From: Candidatus Eiseniibacteriota bacterium
Lineage (GTDB): Bacteria > Eisenbacteria > RBG-16-71-46 > SZUA-252
Length of the DNA stretch: 64,000 bases
NCBI GenBank assembly: GCA_963703225.1
Contig: OY969801.1
Span: 2,752,001 to 2,816,000 of the forward strand
Direction: 5' to 3'
The position numbers were made by a program, and so were the translations under genes. Each line of letters begins with the position of its first letter. Position 1 is the first letter of the stretch. The notes beneath the pieces were generated by a model. The model ran no database searches and was not told the origin of the DNA. It saw only the letters and a program-made list of their open reading frames with translations. Below, piece by piece: positions 55,441-64,000 of this stretch.

Positions 55441-55512
55441 CTGGCGCCCCGAAGGTAACCCAGCACGAAGTCGCGCTGGTCGTCTCGCAGCGACCTCTTT
55501 TGTTTGATCGCG

Positions 55513-56418
55513 CTAGGCACCGAGGTCGGCGCCGCCCCCGGCTGCAAACGACAAGGTGAGACGGTGCAGGTCCACAAGACCCTGTTCGTCTAAGCAAGGC
55601 CCAATGTAGCCGCCCGCCAACACGAATGCGATCGGCAACCTCCGATTCCTGCACCATTCGAATACTGTTCGCTCTCGATCGCATAACACTTCGCGAGTGA
55701 TACCCTGCTTGCCACCTGTCGGGCAGTTTTCAAACGGGTCCATGCCGGCGTTGTACAGGCATAGGCCGAAGTGAAGCCCTTTGCGGTCCGCCTCGTCCAA
55801 TCTGCGTCGGACAGTCGATAGGTAATCTCCGCTTTCCCCGATGATATCCAGCTGGATTCTGTCGGAACTCAAATAGCTGTCATAGTTGCTCACCGAGACG
55901 TCAATCTGCCAGATGCCAGGCTCCTCTCTAATGAGGGAGGCAGTCCCTCCGCCGCAATGAGCATCGAGATCTAGGATCAGCACCGATTGCACTCCAGCCG
56001 CGAGAACTTCGCGAGCCGCAATCACCAAACCGTTGAAGGTACAGAAACCAGCTCCGCTCCCGCAGCGAGCGTGGTGGAGACCGCTGGAAAGGGAACCCGC
56101 CACTCCGTTCTCGAGTGCGGCAAGTCCCGCCGCGACGACTCCACCGTTGGACCCAAGGACCATTGGCCACAGCCCACCGTCCCACGAGAAGCCTTGCGAC
56201 TCGGCCAAGCTCCGAGGAACCCCCGTCTCGACTGCCCGGATGTAGCCAGCGTCATGGACCTTGGCCACCTGATCCCGGGTAAGCGGGTTGGGTTCGAGCA
56301 GCTCGATACCCGGTATGGGAGAATCCGACAAAGACCTGGCGATCCATTCGGACTTCCGGGTCGTATCGAATCCATGTCGCGAACCGACATACATTGGGCT
56401 GTAGTAAACACGTACCAT
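55513..56418 (-). CDS. Histone-deacetylase-family (Zn-dependent) deacylase
   Basis: GLHHA, GFCTFN, LDLDAHCGGGT, AGMD, LAGGY. Confidence 0.9.
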   Translation of the reverse strand: MVRVYYSPMYVGSRHGFDTTRKSEWIARSLSDSPIPGIELLEPNPLTRDQVAKVHDAGYIRAVETGVPRSLAESQGFSWDGGLWPMVLGSNGGVVAAGLAALENGVAGSLSSGLHHARCGSGAGFCTFNGLVIAAREVLAAGVQSVLILDLDAHCGGGTASLIREEPGIWQIDVSVSNYDSYLSSDRIQLDIIGESGDYLSTVRRRLDEADRKGLHFGLCLYNAGMDPFENCPTGGKQGITREVLCDRERTVFEWCRNRRLPIAFVLAGGYIGPCLDEQGLVDLHRLTLSFAAGGGADLGA

Positions 56419-56476
56419 ATCGGGAGTAGCCCGGCCGCTCCACCTGCTCACCGAAGAGAGCGGTTGCTCGAGACGA

Positions 56477-57298
56477 TTAGCTGGTCACCGTGACGCGCAA
56501 GAAGGTTGCGGGGATCGTCGTGCCACTCGCGCTCGTGTTCTGACGGGTGAACAGATCCTCCAAGTCTGCTTGCAAGCTCGTCGCACGCCCGGCCTTCTCG
56601 GCGGCTTCAAAGGCGTTCATCGTCGGCCCGTAAAACGCTCTGAATTCACTGACAAACTGAGCGGGTGATCCACCAAAGCGGAACGTAAACGTATCCCGGA
56701 CGAATGACACCCTCTCCGCCGGGATCCCTGCGGCGCCGAACCGCTCGATGACGTTGCTCTCAAGGCCCCATGTCATCGGGCTCACAAACCCCTCAGGGGG
56801 AGGGGGTGTATAGGCGGAGCTGATTTTTAGGATCTGCGCGACGAGCGTAGGGTCATTTGGGATCCAGTTCCCCATAACGATCTGGCCCCCTGGGCGCGTC
56901 ACCCGCACCATCTCCTTGGCGACGTCGAACGGTCTCGGGGCGAACATAGCGCCAAAGATACTGACAACGAGGTCAAATGCCTGATTGGGAATCGGCTGTA
57001 GATTTGTGGCATCGCCTTGTTGAAACCTGCAGTTTGTTAAGCCGAACTCCGCGGCGCGCCGGTTTCCAGCCTCCACCAGATTCCGCGCGATATCCACGCC
57101 AAGGACTTCCGCACCCGCCTTCGCGGCGGGTACGGCGGTAGTCCCATCACCGGAGCCGAGATCGAGAACCTTGAGTCCACTGCTGACGCCGATTCGTTGC
57201 ATGAGAGCCTCGCCGCTCTCACGCATGGTCTCCGCAATACGGGTGAAATCTCCCTTTTCCCAAAGGGCCTGGTTCGGATTAGCCGTTACGGTAGTCAT
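56477..57298 (-). CDS. Class I SAM-dependent methyltransferase
   Basis: VLDLGSGDG, FDLVVSIFGAMFAP, EMVRVTRPGG. Confidence 0.93.
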   Translation of the reverse strand: MTTVTANPNQALWEKGDFTRIAETMRESGEALMQRIGVSSGLKVLDLGSGDGTTAVPAAKAGAEVLGVDIARNLVEAGNRRAAEFGLTNCRFQQGDATNLQPIPNQAFDLVVSIFGAMFAPRPFDVAKEMVRVTRPGGQIVMGNWIPNDPTLVAQILKISSAYTPPPPEGFVSPMTWGLESNVIERFGAAGIPAERVSFVRDTFTFRFGGSPAQFVSEFRAFYGPTMNAFEAAEKAGRATSLQADLEDLFTRQNTSASGTTIPATFLRVTVTS

Positions 57299-57376
57299 GA
57301 TGTTGGTCCCTTTCGCTTTGTGCCACCGGTCTAACGGGCCGCTTTACCCCAATGTCGCCCGATGGCCGGGTCGCGG

Positions 57377-57586
57377 TCATTTCCGACGTATCAGCTCAAC
57401 CCCGCAGCGTGGACACTGCAGGCCGAAGGGGTAGAGAGCCGTCTTGATCGGCGCCTCGCACCGCGGGCACCTAGAGTAAGCGTACGCCAGATAGAGCCCG
57501 CGAGCGACGCCAACAGCCAGCGCGGCGAAGCCGACCAGTCCGACCGCGGGCTGCCTTCGGACCACCGCGAACACCGAAAAGACCAC
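57377..57586 (-). CDS. Small membrane protein with C-terminal zinc ribbon (possibly 5'-truncated)
   Basis: Hydrophobic segment followed by CPRC-x14-CPRC; start uncertain. Confidence 0.45.
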   Translation of the reverse strand: MVFSVFAVVRRQPAVGLVGFAALAVGVARGLYLAYAYSRCPRCEAPIKTALYPFGLQCPRCGVELIRRK

Positions 57587-57735
57587 CTCACCCCAGTCGC
57601 CGGTCCCGGGGAGTGCCTTGACAGGAGCGCGGCCCGTTGGGACTCTGGCTCCGGGAAACGGCTCAGGTTCCGAACCGAAACGTCCCCAGGAGCGGTTGCC
57701 GCTCGCGCCGGCCTGGTTACGGGAGGGGAACAAGG

Positions 57736-59445
57736 ATGCGATCATCGCACATCACCGCGCTGGCGCTCGTGCTGGCGGCGACCCTCGCCGCGGCGGCGCC
57801 GCGGACACTCCAAGCTCCTGATTCGGCTCAATCGGTCGCGACGCGGGTGACAGAGCTGCTCGCGCCCATCATGGTCGCGAGACAGGCCAGGGATTCGCTC
57901 TCGGGGCTCGCCGACAGGGCTACCGGCGAGCAGAGCGCGCTCTTGGAGGAGCGGGTGTGGCAGCGGCAGGTGGAGCTGATAGCGGGCATTCTGAGCGCGG
58001 CCGGCGAATTGGAGCGGATTCGCAAGAATGGCGGAGATCTGTCGGCCGCGAAGCCCGTGGTGGAACAGGCGGTTCGGTCGGGGTGGCCGCGATACCTCCG
58101 CCAGCTCGAGCGACGCGAGATCCTCATGCAGGCGCTGTTCGAGAAGCGCGACGACGCGACCGGCTCGCAGCGGCTAGCTGTCGAATCGGAGATCACGGAG
58201 CAATCCGAACGTACAATCCGAATGTACCGCGACCTGGTCGCCGCGCTCTTGGTGGTCGAGCGACTGGGCGTCGACGTCGGGAAGCAACGATCCTACCTCG
58301 TCGAGGGGGTGCTGGCTGCGTCCGAGCAGACGAAGGCGCGCATGACCGTGCTCGGACGCGAGCAAGCCATTGCGGCCGCCCGCGTCCAGCGCGCCCCCGA
58401 CGATCTCGCTGCGCGGACGGAGCTCGACGCGATCGACGCGGGGTGCAGTCGCGCCGCGGGCGCCCTCGAGGCAGAGATCGCCCTCCTCGGGCAGTTGGGG
58501 CACGACGCCACAGAACTCAAGGTGACCCTCATCCTCCGCACGGGCAAGCTCACCGCGGCGATCGTCGAGCCCCGCGTGATCGCGGGGCTCGTCGCCCACT
58601 GGCGGAAGCAAGTCAAAGAGGATTTCGCCACTCATGGAGCCCACTGGCTTTTGAGGGCTCTCGCAATCGCTCTAACCCTCGTCGGGTTTCGCCTCCTCGC
58701 GCGCCTGGCCCGATACCTGATGCGACGCGGGGTCGCGCGCGCGGGCGTCTCGCAGCTCCTGAAAGATGCGGCTGTCGGCTGGGTCTCCAAGCTCGTCATG
58801 GCGGTGGGAATCATCGTCGTGCTTCGGCAACTCGGCCTTGAGCTTGGCCCTATGTTCGCCGGGCTCGGCATCGCGGGCGTCGTCTTGGGCTTCGCCCTGC
58901 AGGACACTCTCGCCAACTTCGCGGCCGGAGCCATGATCCTCGCCTACCGCCCCTACGACATCGGCGACATCATCGAGGCCGCCGGAGCGATGGGCACCGT
59001 GAGGAAGATGAGCCTCGTGTCTACGACCGTCCTCACCCTCGACAATCAGACCCTCGTCGTCCCGAACAAGAAGATGTGGGGAGACGTGATCCGCAACATC
59101 ACCGCCCAGGACAAGCGCAGGGTCGATATGACCTTCTCGGCGGGTTACGAGACCGACGTCGCGTCGGTCGAGGCGCTGCTGAAGGAAATCGTGGACGGCA
59201 ATGAGCGGGTGCTGAAGGAGCCCGCCTCGGTGATCAAGCTCCACCAGCTGGCGGATTCATCCGTGAATTACGTCGTGCGGGTTTGGACGCGTCAGGGCGA
59301 CTACTGGGACGTCTACTGGGACATCACGCGGGCCGTGAAGCTCCGCTTCGACGAGGCGGGGATCAAGATCCCTTACCCGCAGCGCGAGCTGCACGTGAGC
59401 GGGCCCGGAGATCGGGTTGGCGACGGGCCGCCGAAGCGTCCGTGA
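57736..59445 (+). CDS. Small-conductance mechanosensitive channel (MscS family) with large periplasmic helical N-domain
   Basis: GLGIAGVVLGFALQDTLANFAAG, RPYDIGD, VPN, IPYPQR. Confidence 0.93.
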   Translation: MRSSHITALALVLAATLAAAAPRTLQAPDSAQSVATRVTELLAPIMVARQARDSLSGLADRATGEQSALLEERVWQRQVELIAGILSAAGELERIRKNGGDLSAAKPVVEQAVRSGWPRYLRQLERREILMQALFEKRDDATGSQRLAVESEITEQSERTIRMYRDLVAALLVVERLGVDVGKQRSYLVEGVLAASEQTKARMTVLGREQAIAAARVQRAPDDLAARTELDAIDAGCSRAAGALEAEIALLGQLGHDATELKVTLILRTGKLTAAIVEPRVIAGLVAHWRKQVKEDFATHGAHWLLRALAIALTLVGFRLLARLARYLMRRGVARAGVSQLLKDAAVGWVSKLVMAVGIIVVLRQLGLELGPMFAGLGIAGVVLGFALQDTLANFAAGAMILAYRPYDIGDIIEAAGAMGTVRKMSLVSTTVLTLDNQTLVVPNKKMWGDVIRNITAQDKRRVDMTFSAGYETDVASVEALLKEIVDGNERVLKEPASVIKLHQLADSSVNYVVRVWTRQGDYWDVYWDITRAVKLRFDEAGIKIPYPQRELHVSGPGDRVGDGPPKRP

Positions 59446-59554
59446 GTCGCGCCGAGCAGAGCCCTGTAGGTCCTTGCGCGCGTCGTGCGTTGGGCGCAGA
59501 ATCCATCTCAAACGCTCCACAACCCCAAGACCGTCGTAGGAGGGATGGATCAAC

Positions 59555-62131
59555 GTGCTCGATGATCGGGATGTCGCCGCGCGAATTCGCCCGTTAGCTT
59601 TTGCCATAACGCTGTGTCTGTTGGCCTTTCTTGCGGCGCCCAAGGTGGGCGCACAGAGCCCTATCGGGGACTCCACCGCGGTAGCGCCGGCTCCCCCGCC
59701 CGAGGCGACGCCCGTTCCGCCCGGGACGGCGCCGGCTCCGACCGAGACGTCGCCGACCGTGTCGACGCCGGCACCGGATGCGGTGCAGCCGCAGGCAGCG
59801 CCCGCGTCCCCCGCGGCAACAGCGCCCGCGGCAGCGGCCCCCACGTCCCCCGCCCCGGCAGCCGCACCCGCCGCCACCGCTGCGGCCAACGATACGACGC
59901 CACCGCCCGACGGCGGGTGGCCGCGCGCGATCCAGACCGCGACCGGCGGAATGATCATCCTCTACCAGCCGCAGGTCCTGAGCTGGGAAGGACAGCGGCG
60001 GATGGTCGCGATGCAGGCCGTCTCCTACACGCCCCAGGGCGCCAAATCACCGGCGTTGGGATCGATCCGGCTGGAATCCCCGACCTCGACGTCCATCGAG
60101 GAACGGATGGTCAATTTCCAGAAGGTCGAGGTCACGTCGACGCGGTTCCCTTCCCTCCAGAAGGAGCAGACGAGGGAAGTGCTGGACGAGATCCGGAAAT
60201 CGCTTCCGGAGGAAAACGTGCTTATATCCTTGGACCGCATTTTAGCTGCGGTCGATACCTCGCAGATCACCGCCAAAGGAATCAAGGTCAACACCGAGCC
60301 GCCGCCGATCTTCTACAGCAAGAAGCCGGCGATCCTGGTCCAATTCGACGGCGATCCGATCATGAATCCGATCACGGGGACGGGACTCTCGTACGCCGTG
60401 AACACCAATTGGGACGTCTTCCTCGACACCGGCACCAAGATTCACTATCTCCGGAAGGACGCGTACTGGCTCCAGACCAAGGACATGAAGAAGTGGGAGG
60501 TGGTGAAGAAGCTCCCGCCCGATTTCGATAAGCTGGCCTCGGATGCCAACTGGAGCGAGGTCAAGGCGCAGATCCCGGCCAAGAAGCCCAAGGAATCGGT
60601 GCCGGTCGTCTTCGTGAGCTACAAACCTGGCGAGCTGATTCTGATGGACGGCTCCCCCGATTACGAGAAGGTCGAAGGCACGAAGCTCCTCTGGATAACG
60701 AACACGGAGACCGATCTCTTCCGGATGGACCAGAAACCGAAGGATTTCTACGTGCTTCTATCCGGGCGGTGGTTCCGGACCCCGAATCTGGAGAAGGGTC
60801 CATGGACATTCGCCTCGACCGACCTGCCGCCGGATTTCGCCAAGATCCCCAAGGGCCACGACCGGGCTCGCGTGCTGTCGTCGGTTCCCGGGACCGAGGA
60901 GGCATCCACCGCGATCCTCCTCGCGCAAGTGCCGCGCACGGCGCGCGTCGAGGCTAAGGCGCTCAAAGCGCCCGACGTCAAGTACGACGGAGAGCCTAAG
61001 TTCAAGGCCATCGACGGGGCGAAGGGGGTCTCCTATGCGGAGAACACTGCGTATGACGTTCTCAAGACCGGCGACTCCTACTATCTCTGCTACCAAGCGG
61101 TCTGGTTCCGCTCCAAGACGCCGACGGGTCCCTGGGAGGTGACGACCTCGATTCCCGAGGAGATCTACTCCATCCCCGCCGACTCGCCGGCCCACCATGT
61201 CACGTACGTCACCGTCGTGGACGACGACGCCGAATATCCGACCTACGGTTACACAGCGGGATATGTGGGTGTCTCGGTCGCCTTCGGCTGCGCCATGTGG
61301 GGCACGGGCTGGTACTACCCGCCCTACTACCACGGCGGCATCTACTACCCGCGGCCGGTGGCGTACGGCGGCGGCGCGGTCTACAACCCATGGACCGGGG
61401 CCTACGGCTGCTACCAGGCCGCCTACGGTCCGTACGGCGGCGTCGCACGCGGCGCCGCGTACAACCCAAACACAGGAACCTACGCCCGAGGAGCGATGGC
61501 CTGGGGTCCTACGGGCGCATCGGGCTATGCGGCAGCCTATAACCCGCGGACGGGCACCTCTGCCGCCACACGACAAGGGAGCAACGTCTACGGAAGCTGG
61601 GGATCAACGAGCGTTCAGCGGGGAGATGACTGGGTACGATCGCAGCGAGTGACCGACGCGCAGGGCAACACGCGCTGGAAGGCACAGGGAAGCGGGGGCG
61701 GGTCGGCCGCCGGTTTCCGCGGCGAGCAGGGCAGCGGGTTCGTGGGCAAGAAGGGGGACGACGTCTACGCAGGGCGCGACGGGAACGTCTATCGAAAGTC
61801 GGATGGCGGCTGGCAGAAATACGAGCAGGGTGGGGGCTGGTCGGATGTCAATCGTGGCGAGCGACCCAGCACCCAGCCCTCCGGAGGGGGGGACCGCCCG
61901 GGGCAGCAGCCGTCGACCCAGCCTTCCCAGAGGCCAAGCGGTGGCGAGGCGAGCCAGCTTGACCGCGAAGCGCGCGCGCGTGACCAGGGAAACCAGCGCA
62001 CGCAGGATTACGGCAACTACCAGCGGGGCGGGGGCTCGTCCGGGGGCGGCTCCTACAGCGGCGGCTCGCGCAGCGGCGGGTCACGGGGCGGCGGTGGGCG
62101 CGGGGGCGGGGGCGGCGGCCGCAGGCGTTGA
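59555..62131 (+). CDS. Large secreted protein (858 aa) with Pro/Ala linker, aromatic/Gly-rich YNP repeats and RGG tail
   Basis: Signal peptide, WPR...YQPQ, NTNWD, LSGRWF, three YNPxTG motifs. Confidence 0.85.
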   Translation: MLDDRDVAARIRPLAFAITLCLLAFLAAPKVGAQSPIGDSTAVAPAPPPEATPVPPGTAPAPTETSPTVSTPAPDAVQPQAAPASPAATAPAAAAPTSPAPAAAPAATAAANDTTPPPDGGWPRAIQTATGGMIILYQPQVLSWEGQRRMVAMQAVSYTPQGAKSPALGSIRLESPTSTSIEERMVNFQKVEVTSTRFPSLQKEQTREVLDEIRKSLPEENVLISLDRILAAVDTSQITAKGIKVNTEPPPIFYSKKPAILVQFDGDPIMNPITGTGLSYAVNTNWDVFLDTGTKIHYLRKDAYWLQTKDMKKWEVVKKLPPDFDKLASDANWSEVKAQIPAKKPKESVPVVFVSYKPGELILMDGSPDYEKVEGTKLLWITNTETDLFRMDQKPKDFYVLLSGRWFRTPNLEKGPWTFASTDLPPDFAKIPKGHDRARVLSSVPGTEEASTAILLAQVPRTARVEAKALKAPDVKYDGEPKFKAIDGAKGVSYAENTAYDVLKTGDSYYLCYQAVWFRSKTPTGPWEVTTSIPEEIYSIPADSPAHHVTYVTVVDDDAEYPTYGYTAGYVGVSVAFGCAMWGTGWYYPPYYHGGIYYPRPVAYGGGAVYNPWTGAYGCYQAAYGPYGGVARGAAYNPNTGTYARGAMAWGPTGASGYAAAYNPRTGTSAATRQGSNVYGSWGSTSVQRGDDWVRSQRVTDAQGNTRWKAQGSGGGSAAGFRGEQGSGFVGKKGDDVYAGRDGNVYRKSDGGWQKYEQGGGWSDVNRGERPSTQPSGGGDRPGQQPSTQPSQRPSGGEASQLDREARARDQGNQRTQDYGNYQRGGGSSGGGSYSGGSRSGGSRGGGGRGGGGGGRRR

Positions 62132-62184
62132 GCGGCGCTCGCGCGAGAAGCTAGCGGAGGCCGCGCCGGCGCGCCGCGTTGCAA

Positions 62185-62454
62185 TCACGAGCACGGGGCC
62201 ACAAGCTTGCCAACGTTCGCAGTGCGAACTCGAGGGTTGTCGAGCCACCTCTGCGTGCTCTGATGCGCCTTTTCAAGGGCCGCATACAGCGAGGCATGAT
62301 CGGGCAAGTCTACGACCGTGACCCACCCCTGCTTGGGGTCCTGCGTATCCCAGAACGGGTAGTAGGCCCGGATCGTCCCCGGATGTTTATCGGCTGAGGA
62401 CTCCCGCCCGGCGCGACGAAGCTGGTCTGAGGTCACCGTGCTGGTTGTGGACAT
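62185..62454 (-). pseudogene. Short ORF, probably an internally deleted DinB-like gene remnant
   Basis: SD GAGGAG, MSTTST...YYPFWDTQ|DPKQGW...HQSTQRWLD; lacks the DinB His motifs; family guess is from memory. Confidence 0.4.
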
Positions 62455-62494
62455 TACTTCTCCTCGTTCGATGCTTTTGGCGTGGCGCTCGAAA

Positions 62495-62941
62495 TCACTC
62501 AGGAGGCTGCGGAGCCTGACTCCGTCCCACCCGCCGCTGCCGATGAGCCCGCTCCACCTGCGGCGTCTTGAGCCAGACGATGGCCTCCTCGACTGTTCGG
62601 AACACGGAGACCTTCTTTGTGCTCCTGGTGTCGAGCTTCCGGAAGACCTCATACATGCGCGCGATGCCGAACGTGACGAGGTCGTTCGCCACAATTGCCA
62701 GCCTCGACGGCTCGCACACGTCCATCGCCGCTGAGAGCCTCGCCAGCTCCCGGAGCCGCTCCGTAGATGGGACATCGATCTGCCGGACGTCCGTCACGTC
62801 GACCAGCTCATCGTAGCCCGCCACCCTTGGGAGCGACCAGACGCTCTGCTTGTACTCGAAGACTTCCTGGTCGCTCAGCGTCCCGTGGCCGGTGGCGGTG
62901 ACTAGGCGATGTTCATCGTCGATCTGATATCGGAGAGGCAT
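62495..62941 (-). CDS. STAS/SpoIIAA-like hypothetical protein
   Basis: MPLRYQID...RLAIVA...FGIARMYE...VFRTVEEAIVWL. Confidence 0.8.
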   Translation of the reverse strand: MPLRYQIDDEHRLVTATGHGTLSDQEVFEYKQSVWSLPRVAGYDELVDVTDVRQIDVPSTERLRELARLSAAMDVCEPSRLAIVANDLVTFGIARMYEVFRKLDTRSTKKVSVFRTVEEAIVWLKTPQVERAHRQRRVGRSQAPQPPE

Positions 62942-63135
62942 CTGTTCCTACCGAATCTCTCGGGGGCGACGAAGCCGGGCGGACCGCGCCTCCAGTGTAC
63001 CTCTCCCCACCGATCGTTGCTAACCCGTTGGGAGATAAGGTGCAGATTTCACGGCCCTTCGGTCCCAGGCGATGGATTTCCCCGGGTGCAAGGAAGGGGC
63101 CCTCGGAATGCCACCAACGCACCTGTACGCGGAGC

Positions 63136-63175
63136 TTGGATCGAAGTCGGGAAAGGGGTAGACTGTGGTGTCTAC
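63136..63175 (+). promoter_or_regulatory. Putative promoter with overlapping palindromic operator
   Basis: TTGGAT-N17-TAGACT; GTAGAC-N6-GTCTAC at 63158-63175 covers the -10. Confidence 0.45.
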
Positions 63176-63236
63176 GAACCCTTCCACGGAGGGACAGAGA
63201 GGTCGCGATCAGCGACCAATTCGTGGGGAGGAACGA

Positions 63237-64000
63237 ATGGCCCGTCACCGCCGGATGGCCGTGTGCCTTGTGCTCACGGCATTTTTGTCACCCCCCGTAC
63301 CCGCCGCGGCCCACGAGCAGCACCATACTCACAATTACCTCGCCCGCGCCTCGGTGTGGCTTCTCGACAATCCTCTCATCGATGCGCATGCCGAGTCGCT
63401 CATCGCCCAGGGGACGATTGACGAGGACCAGTGTCCGAACTATTACAGCCACTTTGTCAACGCGCGCACGGGAGAGCTGATGCGCAACGCCGTCGTGCCT
63501 CCACCGTCTGACTCGAACTGCCCCGATGACGTGGATCCACGCGACAACCAGACCACAGCGCCAGTAAGGGCTGGAAACCTGTGGGCTCAAGCGGTTGGCC
63601 TTTATCGCGCCGGGGACCGTGACGCCGCCTTTAAGACCCTCGGCCAGGCGCTCCACCTGCTCCAGGACATGACGTCGCCCGCTCACGTCCACAACGCCCC
63701 CCACGGAATCCCACTCCGTTCGAATTGCTTCCAGGACTCCGACGATTTCGAAACATGGGGCTGGTGTGATGACAACGCCACCCGCCACATCCTCGACTAC
63801 TGGGACGCCGCGAGCGGGCTTCCCACTGACCGCTTCGCGCGAAGTCTCGAAATCCTTTTCCAGCGTACCCCGCAATTCGCCTGTTCCGGGACGGATCCCC
63901 AGGCGTGCCCGCGGAACGCCGAGCCCAACATGGGATTCGCCTATGTGCGACGCGTGGCGGAGATCGTCTACGACTTCACGACCTTCCCTGCCATCCTGGT
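63237..64000 (+). CDS. Secreted Zn-dependent phospholipase C / P1-nuclease-fold protein (partial, runs off the window)
   Basis: Translated by hand: SD GGAGG, signal peptide, AAA-HEQHHTH, DED, SHF, LGQALHLLQDMTSPAHVH, later FE; not in the ORF track. Confidence 0.75.
   Translation, partial: MARHRRMAVCLVLTAFLSPPVPAAAHEQHHTHNYLARASVWLLDNPLIDAHAESLIAQGTIDEDQCPNYYSHFVNARTGELMRNAVVPPPSDSNCPDDVDPRDNQTTAPVRAGNLWAQAVGLYRAGDRDAAFKTLGQALHLLQDMTSPAHVHNAPHGIPLRSNCFQDSDDFETWGWCDDNATRHILDYWDAASGLPTDRFARSLEILFQRTPQFACSGTDPQACPRNAEPNMGFAYVRRVAEIVYDFTTFPAIL

Overview
High-GC bacterial chromosomal window of about 50 mostly monocistronic genes in alternating orientation. I found no rRNA, tRNA, CRISPR array, transposase or integrase. 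Recognisable genes include citrate synthase (gltA), an Nramp transporter (mntH) with a USP gene, an M20 peptidase, MscS, a MocR regulator, an HDAC-family protein, a PP2C phosphatase, two Ser/Thr kinase-TolB-TPR genes (one frameshifted) and several SAM methyltransferases. Secreted and outer-membrane proteins are abundant. Five minus-strand genes end in a FlgD-Ig/T9SS-sorting-like domain, which suggests (inference only) an Eisenbacteria-like candidate phylum. Most notable: three dispersed genes carry unrelated beta-propeller passengers fused at the same point to a conserved, mosaic ~190-aa C-terminal tail, and two of them also share a conserved promoter block. This looks like a passenger-swapping family of secreted proteins. 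Intergenic spaces hold many gene scars, including an inverted, synonymously diverged copy of the MocR 5' end. Two genes have a near-cognate start codon (ACG, ATA) at the Shine-Dalgarno-optimal position. All family assignments are by motif recognition, not database search.
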